Positions 1 through 15,000 of a stretch of DNA of 64,000 bases are shown piece after piece; within the stretch, counting starts at the first letter, position 1; each line of letters starts with the position of its first letter. The stretch is from Mobula hypostoma (lineage: Eukaryota): assembly GCF_963921235.1 (NCBI RefSeq), contig NC_086109.1, forward strand, positions 4,280,001 through 4,344,000. Direction: 5' to 3'. The position numbers and the translations under genes were made by a program. Below the pieces are notes generated by a model that ran no database searches, had not been told where the DNA came from, and saw nothing but the letters and a program-made list of their open reading frames with translations.

Positions 1-3000
1 ACCGTGTCACTAGGTACAATCTGATCAGAGACCGTTTCACTAGGTACAGTCTGATCAGAGACACCGTCACCAGGTACAGTCGGATCAGAGACCCCCGTCA
101 CCGGGTGCAGTCGGATCAGAGACCCCCATCATCGGGTACAGTTAGATCAGAGACCCCGTCACCAGGTGCAGTCAGATCAGAGACCCCATCACCAGGTGCA
201 GTCGGAGCAGAGACCCCGTCACCGGGTGCAGTAGAATAAGAGACCCAGTGACTGGGTACAGTCGAAGCAGAGACACCTTCACCGTGTACAGTCAGATCAG
301 AGACCCCGTCAGCGGGTGCAGTCGGATCAGAGACCCCGTCACCGGGTGCAGTCGAATCAGAGACCCCATCACCGGGTGCAGTCGAATCAGAGACCCTGTG
401 ACCGGGTACAGTTGGAGAAGAGACACTGTCACCAGGTGCAGTCGGATCAGAGACCCTGTGACCGGGTACAGTTGGAGCAGAGACACCGTCACCGGGTGCA
501 GTCGAATCAGAGACCCTGTGACCAGATACAGTCAGATCAGAGACGTGCAGTTGGATCAGAGACACCGTCACCGGGTGCAGTCGGATCAGAGACCCCCATC
601 ACCGGGTACGGTCCGATCAGAGACACCGTCATCAGGTGTAGTCAGACCAGAGACCCCGTCACCGGGTGCAGTCGGATCAGAGACCCCCATCACCAACTGC
701 AATTTGAGCAGAGACCCCGTCCCCAGGTGCCGTCGGAGCAGTGACCCTGTCACCAGGTGCAATCAGATCAGAGACCTCGTCACTAGGTGCAGTCGGATCA
801 GAGACCCCCGTCACCGGGTGCAGTCGGATTAGAGACCCCGTCACTGGGTGCAGTCGAATCAGAGACCCTGTGACCAGGTACAGTCAAATCAGATAACCCG
901 TCACCGGGTGCAATCCAATCAGAGATCCCGTCACCGGGTGCAATTGGATCAGAGACCTTGTCACGGGGTGCAATCGGAGCACAGACCCCCATCATCGGGT
1001 ACAATCTGACCAGAGACCCCGTCATCAGGTGCAGTGGAGCAGAAACCCCGTCACCGGGTACAGTCAGATCAGAGATCCCGTCACTGGGTGCAATCGGAGC
1101 AGAAACTCCCATCATCAGTTAGAATCGGACCAGAGACCCCGTCACCAGGTGCAGTCGAATCAGAGACCCTGTGACCGGATACAGTCAGATCAGAGACCCC
1201 GTCCCCAGGTGCCGTCGGAGCAATGACCCTGTCACCAGGTGCAATCAGATCAGAGACCTTGTCACTAGGTGCAGTCGGATCAGAGACCCCCGTCACCAGT
1301 TGTTGTTGGATAAGAGACCCCATCACCAGGTGCAGTCGGATCAGAGACCCCGTCACCAGGTGCAGTCGGAGCACAGACCCCGTCACCAGGTACAATCGTA
1401 TCGGAAACCCCCATCACCGGGTACGGTCGGAGCAGAGACCCCGTCACCAGGTGCAGTCAGATCAGAGACCCTGTCACCGGGTGCAGTCAGAGCACAGACT
1501 CCGTCACCAAGTACAATCGTATCAGAGACCCCGTCACCGGGTACAGTCAGATCAGAGTCCCTGTCATCAGGTGCAGTCGGACTAGAGACCGCGTCATCAG
1601 CTGCAGTCGGAGCAGAGACCCCGTCACTAGGTACAGTCTGATCAGAGACACCGTCACCAGGTGCTGTTGGATCAGAGACCCCCGTCACCGGGTGCAGTCG
1701 GATTAGAGACCGCATCACCGGGTGTAGACGAGCAGAGACCTGTCACCCGGTATAGTTGGAGCAGACACCCTGTCACCGGTTACAGTCAGATCAGAGACCC
1801 CCGTCACCGGGTGCAATCGGAGCAGAGACCCTCATCATCGGGTACAATCGGAACAGAGACCCCGTCACCGGGTACTTTTGGAGCAGAGACACCGTCACCA
1901 TGTGCATTCGGATCAGAGACCCCGTCACCCGGTGCAGTCGAATCAGAGACCCTGTGACCGGGTACAGTTGGAGCAGAGACACTGTCACCTGGTACAGTCA
2001 GAACAGAGACCCCGTCAACGGGTGCAGTCAGAGCACAGACCCCGTCACCGGGTACAATCGTATCAGAGACCCCATCACCAGGTTCAGTCAGATCAGAGAC
2101 CCCGTCATCAAGTGCCGTCAGAGCAGAGATGCCGTCACTGTGTGCAATCTGATCAGAGACCATGTCACTAGGTACAGTCTGATCAGAGACACCGTCACCA
2201 GGTACAGTCGGATCAGAGACCCCCGTCACCGGGTGCAGTCGGATCGGAGACCCCGTTACCGGGTGCAATCAGATCAGAGACCCCCATCCTCGGGTGCAAT
2301 CAGATCAGAGACCCTCGTCACCAGGTGCAGTCGGATCAGAGACCCCGCCACCAGCTGCAGTCGAATCAGAGACCCTGTGACCGCGTACAGTCGGAACAGA
2401 GACACCTTCACTGGGTACAGTCAGATCAGAGACCCCGTCACCGGGTGCAGTCAAATCAGAGACCCCGTCACTGGGTGCAGTCAAATCAGAGACCCTGTGA
2501 CCGGGTGCAGTTGGAGCAGAGACACATGCACCAAGTGCAGTCGGATCAGAGACCCCGTCACCGGGTGCAGTCGGATCAGAGACCCCGTCACCGGGTGCAG
2601 TCGGATCAGAGAACCCCATCACTGGGTGCAGTCAGAGCAGAGACCCCCATCATCGGGTACAATCGGACCAGAGACCCCGTCACCAGGTACAATCGGACCA
2701 GAGACCCCGTCACCGGGTGCAGTCTGATCAGAGACACCGTCACCAGGTACAGTCGGATCAGAGGCCCCCGTCACGGGGTGCAGTCGGATCAGAGACCCAG
2801 TCACTGGGTGCAATCGGATCCAAGACCCCCATCATCGGGTACCGTCAGATCAGAGACCCCCTTCACCGGGTGCAGTCGAGCAGAGACCAGTCACCCGGTA
2901 CAGTTGGAGCAGACACCCTCTCACCGGGTACAGTCAGATCAGAGACCCCGTCACCTGGTGCAATCAGAGCAGAGACCCCCATCATTGGGTGCATTCGTAT

Positions 3001-6000
3001 CAGAGACCCTGTGACCGGGTACAGTTGGTTCAGAGACACCATCACCGGGTGCAGTCAGATCAGAGACCCTGTCACCGGGTACAGTTGGAGGAGAGACACC
3101 GTCGCCAGGTATAGTCGGATCAGAGACCCCATCACCAGGTGCAGTTGGATCAGAGACCCCGTCACCAGGTGCAGTCGGATCAGAGAACCCCATCACTGGG
3201 TGCAGTCAAAGCAGAGACCCCCATCATCGGGTGCAATCGGACCAGAGACCCTGTCACCGGGTACAGTTGGAGCAAAGACCCCGTTGCCAGGTACAATCGG
3301 ATAAGAGACCCCCTCACCAGGTTCAGTCAGATCAGAGGCCCCATCACCAGGTGCAGTCAGATCAGAGACCCCGTCACTGGGTGCAGTCGGAGCACAGACC
3401 CCGTCACCGGGTACAATTGTATCGGAGACCACCATCACTGGGTACGGTCGGAGCAGAGACCCCGTCACCAGGTGCAGTCGGATCAGAGACCCCGTCACCG
3501 GGTACAGTCAGATCAGAGACCCCGTCATCAGGTGTAGTCGGACCAGAGACCCCGTCATCAGGTGCAGTCGGAGCAGAGACTCCGTCACCGCGTGCAATCT
3601 GATCAGAGACCGTGTCACTAGGTACAGTCTGATCAGAGACACCATCACCAGGTACAGTCGGATCAGAGACCACCGTCACCGGGTGCAGTCGGATCGGAGA
3701 CCCCGTCACCGGGTGCAATCGGATTAGAGACCCCCATCATCGGGTACAGTCAGATCAGAGACCCCCATCACCGGGTACGGTCGGAGTAGAGACCCCGTCA
3801 CCAGGTGCAGTCAGATCAGAGACCCTGTCACCGGGTGCAGTCGAATCAGAGACCCCGTCACCGGGTGCAGTCGAAGCAGAGACCCTGTGACCGGGTACAG
3901 TTGGAGCAGAGACACCATCACCGGGTGCAGTCGGATCAGAGACCCTGTGACCGGATAGAGTTGGAGCAGAGACACCGTCCCCGGGTGCAGTCGAATCAGT
4001 GACCCTGTGACTGGGTACAGTCAGATCAGACACCCTGTCACCGGGTGCAGTTGGATCAGAGACACCATCACCGGGTGCAGTCGGATCAGAGAACCCCATC
4101 ACTGGGTGCAGTCAGAGCAGAGACCCCCATCATCGGGTACAATCGGACCAGAGACCCCGTCACCAGGTACAATCGGACCAGAGACCCCGTCACCGGGTGC
4201 AGTCTGATCAGAGACACCGTCACCAGGTACAGTCGGATCAGAGGCCCCCGTCACGGGGCGCAGTCGGATCAGAGACCCAGTCACTGGGTGCAATCGGATC
4301 CAAGACCCCCATCATCGGGTACCGTCAGATCAGAGACCCCCTTCACCGGGTGCAGTCGAGCAGAGACCAGTCACCCGGTACAGTTGGAGCAGACACCCTC
4401 TCACCGGGTACAGTCAGATCAGAGACCCCGTCACCTGGTGCAATCAGAGCAGAGACCCCCATCATTGGGTGCAATCGTATCAGAGACCCTGTGACCGGGT
4501 ACAGTTGGTTCAGAGACACCATCACCGGGTGCAGTCAGATCAGAGACCCTGTCACCGGGTACAGTTGGAGGAGAGACACCGTCGCCAGGTATAGTCGGAT
4601 CAGAGACCCCATCACCAGGTGCAGTTGGATCAGAGACCCCGTCACCAGGTGCAGTCGGATCAGAGAACCCCATCACTGGGTGCAGTCAAAGCAGAGACCC
4701 CCATCATCGGGTGCAATCGGACCAGAGACCCTGTCACCGGGTACAGTTGGAGCAAAGACCCCGTTGCCAGGTACAATCGGATAAGAGACCCCCTCACCAG
4801 GTTCAGTCAGATCAGAGGCCCCATCACCAGGTGCAGTCAGATCAGAGACCCCGTCACTGGGTGCAGTCGGAGCACAGACCCCGTCACCGGGTACAATTGT
4901 ATCGGAGACCACCATCACTGGGTACGGTCGGAGCAGAGACCCCGTCACCAGGTGCAGTCGGATCAGAGACCCCGTCACCGGGTACAGTCAGATCAGAGAC
5001 CCCGTCATCAGGTGTAGTCGGACCAGAGACCCCGTCATCAGGTGCAGTCGGAGCAGAGACTCCGTCACCGCGTGCAATCTGATCAGAGACCGTGTCACTA
5101 GGTACAGTCTGATCAGAGACACCATCACCAGGTACAGTCGGATCAGAGACCACCGTCACCGGGTGCAGTCGGATCGGAGACCCCGTCACCGGGTGCAATC
5201 GGATTAGAGACCCCCATCATCGGGTACAGTCAGATCAGAGACCCCCATCACCGGGTACGGTCGGAGTAGAGACCCCGTCACCAGGTGCAGTCAGATCAGA
5301 GACCCTGTCACCGGGTGCAGTCGAATCAGAGACCCCGTCACCGGGTGCAGTCGAAGCAGAGACCCTGTGACCGGGTACAGTTGGAGCAGAGACACCATCA
5401 CCGGGTGCAGTCGGATCAGAGACCCTGTGACCGGATAGAGTTGGAGCAGAGACACCGTCCCCGGGTGCAGTCGAATCAGTGACCCTGTGACTGGGTACAG
5501 TCAGATCAGACACCCTGTCACCGGGTGCAGTTGGATCAGAGACACCATCACCGGGTGCAGTCGGATCAGAGAACCCCATCACTGGGTGCAGTCAGAGCAG
5601 AGACCCCCATCATCGGGTGCAATCGGACCAGAGACCCTGTCACCGGGTACAGTTGGAGCAAAGACCCCGTTGCCAGGTACAATCAGATAAGAGACCCCCT
5701 CACCAGGTTCAGTCAGATCAGAGGCCCCATCACCAGGTGCAGTCGGATCAGAGACCCCGTCACCGGGTACAATTGTATCGGAGACCCCCATCACTGGGTA
5801 CGGTCGGAGCAGAGACCCCGTCACCAGGTGCAGTCGGATCAGAGACCCCGTCACTGGGTACAGTCAGATCAGAGACCCCGTCATCAGGTGTAGTCGGACC
5901 AGAGACCCCGTCATCAGGTGCAGTCGGAGCAGAGACTCCGTCACAGCGTGCAATCTGATCAGAGACCGTGTCACTAGGTACAGTCTGATCAGAGACACCA

Positions 6001-9000
6001 TCACCAGGTACAGTCAGATCAGAGACCACCGTCACCGGGTGCAGTCGGATCGGAGACCCCGTCACCGGGTGCAATCGGATTAGAGATCCCCATCATCGGG
6101 TACAGTCAGATCAGAGACCCCCATCACCGGGTACGGTCGGAGTAGAGACCCCGTCACCAGGTGCAGTCAGATCAGAGACCCTGTCACCGGGTGCAGTCGA
6201 ATCAGAGACCCCGTCACCGGGTGCAGTCGAAGCAGAGACCCTGTGACCGGGTACAGCTGGAGCAGAGACACCATCACCGGGTGCAGTCGGATCAGAGACC
6301 CTGTGACCGGATAGAGTTGGAGCAGAGACACCAGCCCCGGGTGCAGTCGAATCAGTGACCCTGTGACTGGGTACAGTCAGATCAGACACCCTGTCACCGG
6401 GTGCAGTTGGATCAGAGACACCATCACCGGGTATAGTTGGACCAGAGACCCCGTCACCGCGTGCAGTCGGAACATAGACCCCGTCACCGGGTACAATCGT
6501 ATCGGAGACCCCCATTACCGAGTACGGTCAGAGCAGAGACCCCGTCACCAGGTGCAGTCGGATTAGATACCCCGTCAGCGGGTATAGTCAGATCAGAGAC
6601 CCCGTCATCAGGTGTAGTCGGACCAGAGACCACGTCATCAGGTGCAGTTGGAGCAGAGACCCCGTCACCGCGTGCAATCTGATCAGAGACCGTGTCACTA
6701 GGTACAGTCTGATCAGAGACACCGTCACCAGGTACAGTCGGATCAGAGACCCCCGTCACCGGGTGCAGTCAGATCGGAGACCCCGTCACTGGGTGCAATC
6801 GGATCAGAGACCCCCATCATCGGGTACAGTCAGATCAGAGACCCCCATCACCGGGTACGGTCGGAGTAGAGACCCCGTCACCATGCGCAGTCGGATCAGA
6901 GACCCCGTCACCGGGTGCAGTCGAATATGAGACCCCGTCACCGGGTGCAATCGGAACAGAGACACCGTCACCGGGTGCAGTCGAATCAGTGACCCTGTGA
7001 CTGGGTACAGTCAGATCAGAGACCCCATCACCGGGTGTAATCGGAGCAGAGACCCCCATCATCGGGTACAATCGTTCCAGAGACCCCGTCACTGGGTGCA
7101 TTCGGATAAGAGACCCCATCACCGGGTGCAGTCGGATCAGAGACCCCGTCACACGGTGCAATCGGAGCACAGACCCTGATCATCGGGTACAATCTGACCA
7201 GAGACCCCATCATCAGGTGCAGTCGGAGCAGAGACCCCGTCACCAGGTGCAGTGGGATCAGAGATCCCGTCACCAGGTGCAGTCGGATGAGAGGCTCCAT
7301 CACCGGGTGCATTCGGATCAGAGAAACCCATCACTGGGTGCAATCGGACCAGAGACCCCGTCATCGCGTGCAATCTGATCAGAGACCGTATCACTAAGTA
7401 CAGTCTGATGAGAGACACCTTCACCAGTTACAGTCGGATCAGAGACCCCGTCACCGGGTGCAGTCGGAGCATAGACCCCGTCACCGGGTACAATCGTATT
7501 GGAGACCCCCATTACCGGGTACGGTCGGAGCAGAGACTCCGTCACCAGGTGCAGTCGGATCAGACACCCCGTCAGCGGGTATAGTCAGATCAGAGACCCC
7601 GTCATCAGGTGCAGTTGGACCAGAGACCCCGTCATCAGGTGCAGTTGGAGCAGAGACCCCGTCACCGTGTGCAATCTGATCAGAGACCGTGTCACTAGGT
7701 ACAGTCTGATCAGAGACACCGTCACCAGGTACAGTCGGATCAGAGACCCCCGTCACCGGGTGCAGTCGGAGCAGAGACCCCCATCACCGGGTACGGTCGG
7801 AGTAGAGACCCCGTCACCATGTGCAGTCGGATCAGAGACCCCGTCACCGAGTGCAGTCGAATCAGAGACCCCGTCACTGGGTGCAGTCGAATCAGTGACC
7901 CTGTGACTGGGTACAGTCAGAATAGAGACCCCGTCACCGGGTGCAGTTGGATCAGAGACCCCGTCACCGGGTGCAGTCGGATCAGAGACCCTGTGACCGG
8001 GTACAGTCAGATCAGAGACCCCCATCACTGGGTACGGTCGGAGTAGAGACCCCGTCACCATGTGCAGTCGGATCAGAGACCCCGTCACCGAGTGCAGTCG
8101 AATCAGAGACCCCGTCACCGGGTGAAGTCGAAGCGGAGACCCTGTGACCGGGTACATTTGGAGCAGAGACACCGTCACCAGGTGCAGTCGGATCAGAGAC
8201 CCTGTGACCGGATACAGTTGGAGCAGAGACATGGTCACCGGGTGCAGTCGAATCAGTGACCCTGTGACTGGGTATAGTCAGATCAGAGACCCTGTCACCG
8301 GGTGCAGTTGGATCAGAGACCCCGTAACCGGGTGCAGTCAGATCAGAGACCCCCATCATCGGGTACGGTCAGATCAGAGACCCCCATCACCGGGTACGGT
8401 CGGAGTAGAGACCCCGTCACCATGTGCAGTCGGATCAGAGACACCGTCACCGGGTGCAGTCGGATCAGAGACCCTGTGACCGGATACAGTTGGAGCAGAG
8501 ACACCGTCACCGGGTGCTGCTGGATCAGAGACCCCGTCAGACAGTGCAATCATAGCACAGACCCTGATCATCGGGTACAATCTGACCAGAGACCCCGTCA
8601 TCAGGTGCAGTTGGAGCAGAGACCTGTCACCGGGTGCAGTCGGATCGGAGACCCCGTCACCGGGTGCAGTCAGATCAGAGACCCCCATCATCAGGTGCAG
8701 TCACTTCAGAGACCCCATCACCGGGTACGGTCGGAGCAGAGACCCCGTCACCAGGTGCAGTCGGATCAGAGACCCCGTCACCGGGTGCAGTCGAAGCAGA
8801 CACCCCATCACCGGGTGCAGTCGAAGCAGAGACCCTGTGACCGGGTACATTTGGAGCAGAGACACCGTCACTGGGTGCAGTCGGATCAGAGACCCTGTGA
8901 CCGGATACAGTTGGAGCAGAGACATGGTCACCGGGTGCAGTCGAATCAGTGACCCTGTGACTGGGTACAGTCAGATCAGAGACCCCGTCACCGGGTGCAG

Positions 9001-12000
9001 TTGGATCAGAGACCCCGTCACCGGATGCAGTCGGATCAGAGACCCCCATCATCGGGTACAGTCAGATCAGAGACCCCCATCACCAGGTACGGTCGGAGTA
9101 GAGACCCCGTCACCATGTGCAGTCGGATCAGAGACCCCGTCACTGGGTGCAGTTGAAGCAGAGACCCTGTGACCGGGTACATTTGGAGCAGAGACACCGT
9201 CACTGGGTGCAGTCGGATCAGAGACCCTGTGACCGGATACAGTTGGAGCAGAGACACTGTCACCGGGTGCAGTCGAATCAGTGACCCTGTGACTGGGTAC
9301 AGTCAGAATAGAGACCCCGTCACCGGGTGCATTCGGATCATAAACCCCGTCACCGGGTGCAGTCGGATCAGAGACCCCCATCACCAAGTGCAATTTGAGC
9401 AGAGACCCCAGCCCCAGCTGCAATTGGAGCAGTGACCCCGTCACCAGGTGCAGTCGAATCAGAGACCCCGTCACCGGGTGCAGTCGAAGCAGAGACCCTG
9501 TGACCGGGTACATTTGGAGCAGAGACCCCGTCACCGGGTGCAGTCGGATCAGAGACCCTGTGACCGGATACAGTTGGAGCAGAGACACCGTCACTGGGTG
9601 CATTCGGATCAGAGACCCCGTCACCGGGTGCAGTCAGATCAGAGACCCCCATCACCAAGTGCAATTTGAGCAGAGACCCCGGCCCCAGGCGCAATCGGAG
9701 CAGTGACCCTGTCGCCGGGTGCATTCGGATCAGAGACCCCGTCACCGGGTGCAGTCGGATCAGAGACCCCCGTCACTGGGTTCAATCCAATCAGAGATCC
9801 CGTCACCGGGTGCTGCTGGATCAGAGACCCCGTCACCCAGTGCAGTCATAGCACAGACCCCGATCATTGGGTACAATCTGACCAGCGACCCCGTCATCAG
9901 GTGCAGTTGGAGCAGAGACCTGTCACTGGGTGCAGTCGGATCGGAGACCCCATCACCGGGTGCAATCAGATCAGAGACCCCCATCATCGGGTGCAGTCAC
10001 TTCAGAGACCCCCATCACCGGGTACGGTCGGAGCAGAGACCCCGTCACCAGGTGCAGTCGGATCAGAGACCCAGTCACCGGGTGCAGTCGGAGCACAGAC
10101 CTCGTCACCGGGTACAATTGTATCAGAGACCCCATCACCGGGTACAGTCAGATCAGAGACCCCATCATTAGGTGCAGTCAGACTAGAGACCCCATCATCA
10201 GCTGCAGTCGGAGCAGAGACCCCGTCACAGGGTGCAATCTGATCAGAGACCGTGTCACTAGGTACAGTCTGATCAGAGACACCGTCACCACGTACAGTTG
10301 GATCAGAGACCGCCATCACCAGGTGCAGTCGGATCAGAGACCCCGACACCGGGTGCAGTCGAATCAGAGACCCTGTGACCGGGTACAGTCAAAGCAGAGA
10401 CAACTTCACAGGGTACAGTCAGATCAGAGACCCCATCACCAGGTGCAGTCGGATCAGAGATCCCATCACTGGATGCAGTCGAATCAGAGACCCCGTCACC
10501 GGGTGCAGTCAGAGCACAGACCTCGTCACCTGGTACAATTGTATCAGAGACCCCATCACCGGGTACAGTCAGATCAGAGACCCCGTCATTAGGTGCAGTC
10601 AGACTAGAGACCCCATCATCAGCTGCAGTCGGAGCAGAGACCCCGTCACAGGGTGCAATCTGATCAGAGACTGTGTCACTAGGTACAGTCTGATCAGAGA
10701 CACCGTCACCACGTACAGTCGGATCAGAGACCCCCATCACCAGGTGCAGTCGGATCAGAGACCCCGTCACTGGGTGCAATCGGATCAGAGACCCCCATCA
10801 TTGGGTACAGTCAGATCAGAGACCCCATCACCAGGTGCAGTCGGATCAGAGACCCCATCACCGGGTGCAGTTGAATCAGACACCCCGTCACCGGGTGCAG
10901 TCGAATCAGAGACCCTGTGACCGGGTACATTTGGAGCAGAGACACCATCACCGGGTGCAGTCGGATCAGAGACCCTGTGACCGGATACAGTTGGAGCAGA
11001 GACACCGTCACCGGCTGCATTTGGATCAGAGACCCCGTCATCGGGTGCAGTCGGATCAGAGACCCCCATCACCAAGTGCAATTTGAGCAGAGACCCCAGC
11101 CCCAGGCGCAATCGGAGCAGTGACCCTGTCACCGGGTGCATTCGGATCAGAGACCCCGTCACCGGGTGCAGTCGGATCAGAGACCCCCGTCACCGGGTGC
11201 AATCCAATCAGAGATCCCGTCACCGGGTGCTGCTGGATCAGAGACCCCGTCACACAGTGCAATCATAGCACAGACCCCGATCATCGGGTACAATCTGACC
11301 AGAGACCCCATCATCAGGTGCAGTTGGAGCAGAGACCTGTCACCGGGTGCAGTCGGATCGGAGACCCCGTCACCGGGTGCAATCCGATCAGAGACCCCCA
11401 TCATCGGGTGCAGTCACTTCAGAGACCCCCATCACCGGGTACAGTCGGAGCAGAGACCCCGTCACCAGGTGCAGTCGGATCAGAGACCCCGACACCGGGT
11501 GCAGTTGAATCAGAGACCCTGTGACCGGGTACAGTCGAAGCAGAGACACCTTCACAGGGTACAGTCAGATCAGAGACCCCATCACCGGGTGCAGTCGGAT
11601 CAGAGACACCATCACCGGGTGCAGTCGAATCAGAGACCCCGTCACCGGGTGCAGTCGGAGCACAGACCTCGGCAACGGGTACAATTGTATCAGAGACCCC
11701 ATCACCGGGTACAGTCAGATCAGAGACCCCGTCATTAGGAGCAGTAGGACTAGAGACCCCATCATCAGCTGCAGTCGGAGCAGAGACCCCGTCATTAGGT
11801 GCAGTAGGACTAGAGACCCCATCATCAGCTGCAGTCGGAGCAGAGACCCCGTCACAGGGTGCAATCTGATCAGAGACCGTGTCACAAGGTACAGTCTGAT
11901 CAGAGACACCGTCACCTCGTACAGTCGGATCAGAGACCCCCATCACCAGGTGCAGTCGGATCAGAGACCCCATCACCGGGTGCAGTCGAATCAGACACCC

Positions 12001-15000
12001 CGTCACCGGGTGCAGTCGAAGCAGAGACCCTGTGACCGGGTACATTTGGAGCAGAGACACCGTCACCGGGTGCAGTCGGATCAGAGACCCTGTGACCGGA
12101 TACAGTTGGAGCAGAGACACCGTCACTGGGTGCAGTCGAATCAGTGACCCTGTGACTGGGTACAGTCAGATCAGAGACCCCGTCACCGGGTGCAGTTGGA
12201 TCAGAGACCCCGTCACCAGGTGCAGTCGAATCAGAGACCCCGTCACCGGGTGCAGTCGAAGCAGAGACCCTGTGACCGGGTACATTTGGAGCAGAGACAC
12301 CGTCACCGGGTGCAGTCGGATCAGAGACCCTGTGACCGGATACAGTTGGAGCAGAGACACCGTCACCGGGTGCAGTCGAATCAGTGACCCTGTGACTGGG
12401 TACAGTCAGATCAGAGACCCCGTCACCAGGTGCAGTTGGATCAGAGACCCCGTCACCGGGTGCAGTCGGATCAGAGACCCCCATCATCGGGTACAGTCAG
12501 ATCAGAGACCCCATCACCGGGTACGGTCGGAGTAGAGACCCCATCACCATGTGCAGTCGGATCAGAGACCCCGTCACCGAGTGCAGTCGAATCAGAGACC
12601 CTGTGACCGGGTACATTTGGAGCAGAGACACCGTCACCGGGTGCAGTCGGATCAGAGACCCTGTGACCGGATACAGTTGGAGCAGAGACACCGTCACCGG
12701 GTGCATTCGGATCAGAGACCCTGTCACCGGGTGCAGTCGGATCAGAGACCCCCATCACCAAGTGCAATTTGAGCAGAGACCCCGGCCCCAGGCGCAATCG
12801 GAGCAGTGACCCTGTCACCGGGTGCATTCGGATCAGAGACCCCATCACCGGGTGCAATCCAATCAGAGATCAAGTCACCGGGTGCTGCTGGATCAGAGAC
12901 CCCGTCACACGGTGCAATCATAGCACAGACCCCGATCATCGGGTACAATCTGACCAGAGACCCCGTCATCAGGTGCAGTTGGAGCAGAGACCTGTCACCG
13001 GGTGCAGTCGGATCGGAGACCCCGTCACCGGGTGCAATCCGATCAGAGACCCTTATCATCGGGTGCAGTCACTTCAGAGACCCCCATCACCGGGTACGGT
13101 CAGAGCAGAGACCCCGTCACCAGGTGCAGTCAGATCAGAGACCCCGTCATTAGGTGCAGTCAGACTAGAGACCCCATCATCAGCTGCAGTCGGAGCAGAG
13201 ACCCCGACACCGGGTGCAGTCGAATCAGAGACCCTGTGACCGGGTACAGTCGAAGCAGAGACACCTTCACAGGGTACAGTCAGATCAGAGACCCCATCAC
13301 CGGGTGCAGTCGGATCAGAGACCCCGTCACCGGGTGCAGTCGAATCAGAGACCCCGTCACCGGGTGCAGTCGGAGCACAGACCTCGGCACCGGGTACAAT
13401 TGTATCAGAGACCCCATCACCGGGTACAGTCAGATCAGAGACCCCATCATTAGGTGCAGTCAGTCTAGAGACCCCATCATCAGCTGCAGTCGGAGCAGAG
13501 ACCCTGTCACAGGGTGCAATCTGATCAGAGACTGTGTCACTAGGTACAGTCTGATCAGAGACACCGTCACCACGTACAGTCGGATCAGAGACCTCCATCA
13601 CCAGGTGCAGTCGGATTAGAGACCCCGTCACTGGGTGCAATCGGATCAGAGACCCCCATCATCGGGTGCAGTCGAAACAGACACCCCGTCACCGGGTGCA
13701 GTCGAATCAGAGACCCTGTAACCGGGTACAATTGGAGCAGAGACACCGCCGCCAGGTACAATCAGATCACAGACCCCGTCACCAGGTGCAGTCGGATCAG
13801 ACGCCCCGTCACCGGGTGCAGTGTGATCAGAGACCCCGTCACCGGGTGCAGTCGAAGCAGAGACCCTGTGACTGGGTACATTTGGAGCAGAGACACCGTC
13901 ACTGGGTGCAGTCGGATCAGAGACCCTGTGACCGGATACAGTTGGAGCAGAGACACTGTCACTGGGTGCAGTCGAATCAGTGACCCTGTGACTGGGTACA
14001 GTCAGATCAGAGACCCCGTCACCGGGTGCAGTTGGATCAGAGACCCCGTCACCGGGTGCAGTCGGATCAGAGACCCCCGTCACCGGGTGCAATCCAATCA
14101 GAGATCCCGTCACCGGGTGCTGCTGGATCAGAGACCCCGTCACACAGTGCAATCATAGCACAGACCCCGATCATCGGGTACAATCAGACCAGAGACCCCG
14201 TCATCAGGTGCAGTTGGAGCAGAGACCTGTCACCGGGTGCAGTCGGATCAGAGACCCCGTCACCGGGTGCAATCTGATCAGAGACCCCCACCATCGGGTG
14301 CAGTCACTTCAGAGACCCCCATCACCGGGTACGGTCGGAGCAGAGACCCCGTCACCAGGTGCAGTCGGATCAGAGACCCCGACACCGGGTACAGTCGAAT
14401 CAGAGACCCTGTGACCGGGTACAGTCGAAGCAGAGACACCTTCACAGGGTACAGTCAGATCAGAGACCCCATCACCGGGTGCAGTCGGATCAGAGACCCC
14501 GTCACCGGGTGCAGTCGAATCAGAGACCCCGTTACCGGGTGCAGTTATAGCACAGACCTCGTCGCCGGGTACAATTGTATCAGAGACCCCATCACCGGGT
14601 ACAGTCAGATCAGAGACCCCGTCATTAGGTGCAGTCAGACAAGAGACCCCATCATCAGCTACAGTCGGAGACGAGACCCTGTCACAGGGTGCAATCTGAT
14701 CAGAGACCGTGTCACTAGGTACAGTCGGATCAGAGACTCCCCTCACCAGGTGCAGTCAGATCAGAGACCCCGTCACTGGGTGCAATCGGATCAGAGACCC
14801 CCATCATCGAGTACAGTCAGATCAGAGACCCCATCACCGGGTGCAGTCGGATCAGAGACCCCAACACCGGGTGCAGTCGAATCAGACACCCCATCACCGG
14901 GTGCAGTCGGATCAGACACCCTGTGACCGGATACTGTCAGATCAGAGACCCCGTCATCGGGTGCAGTCGTATCAGAGAACCCCATCACTGGGTGCAGTCG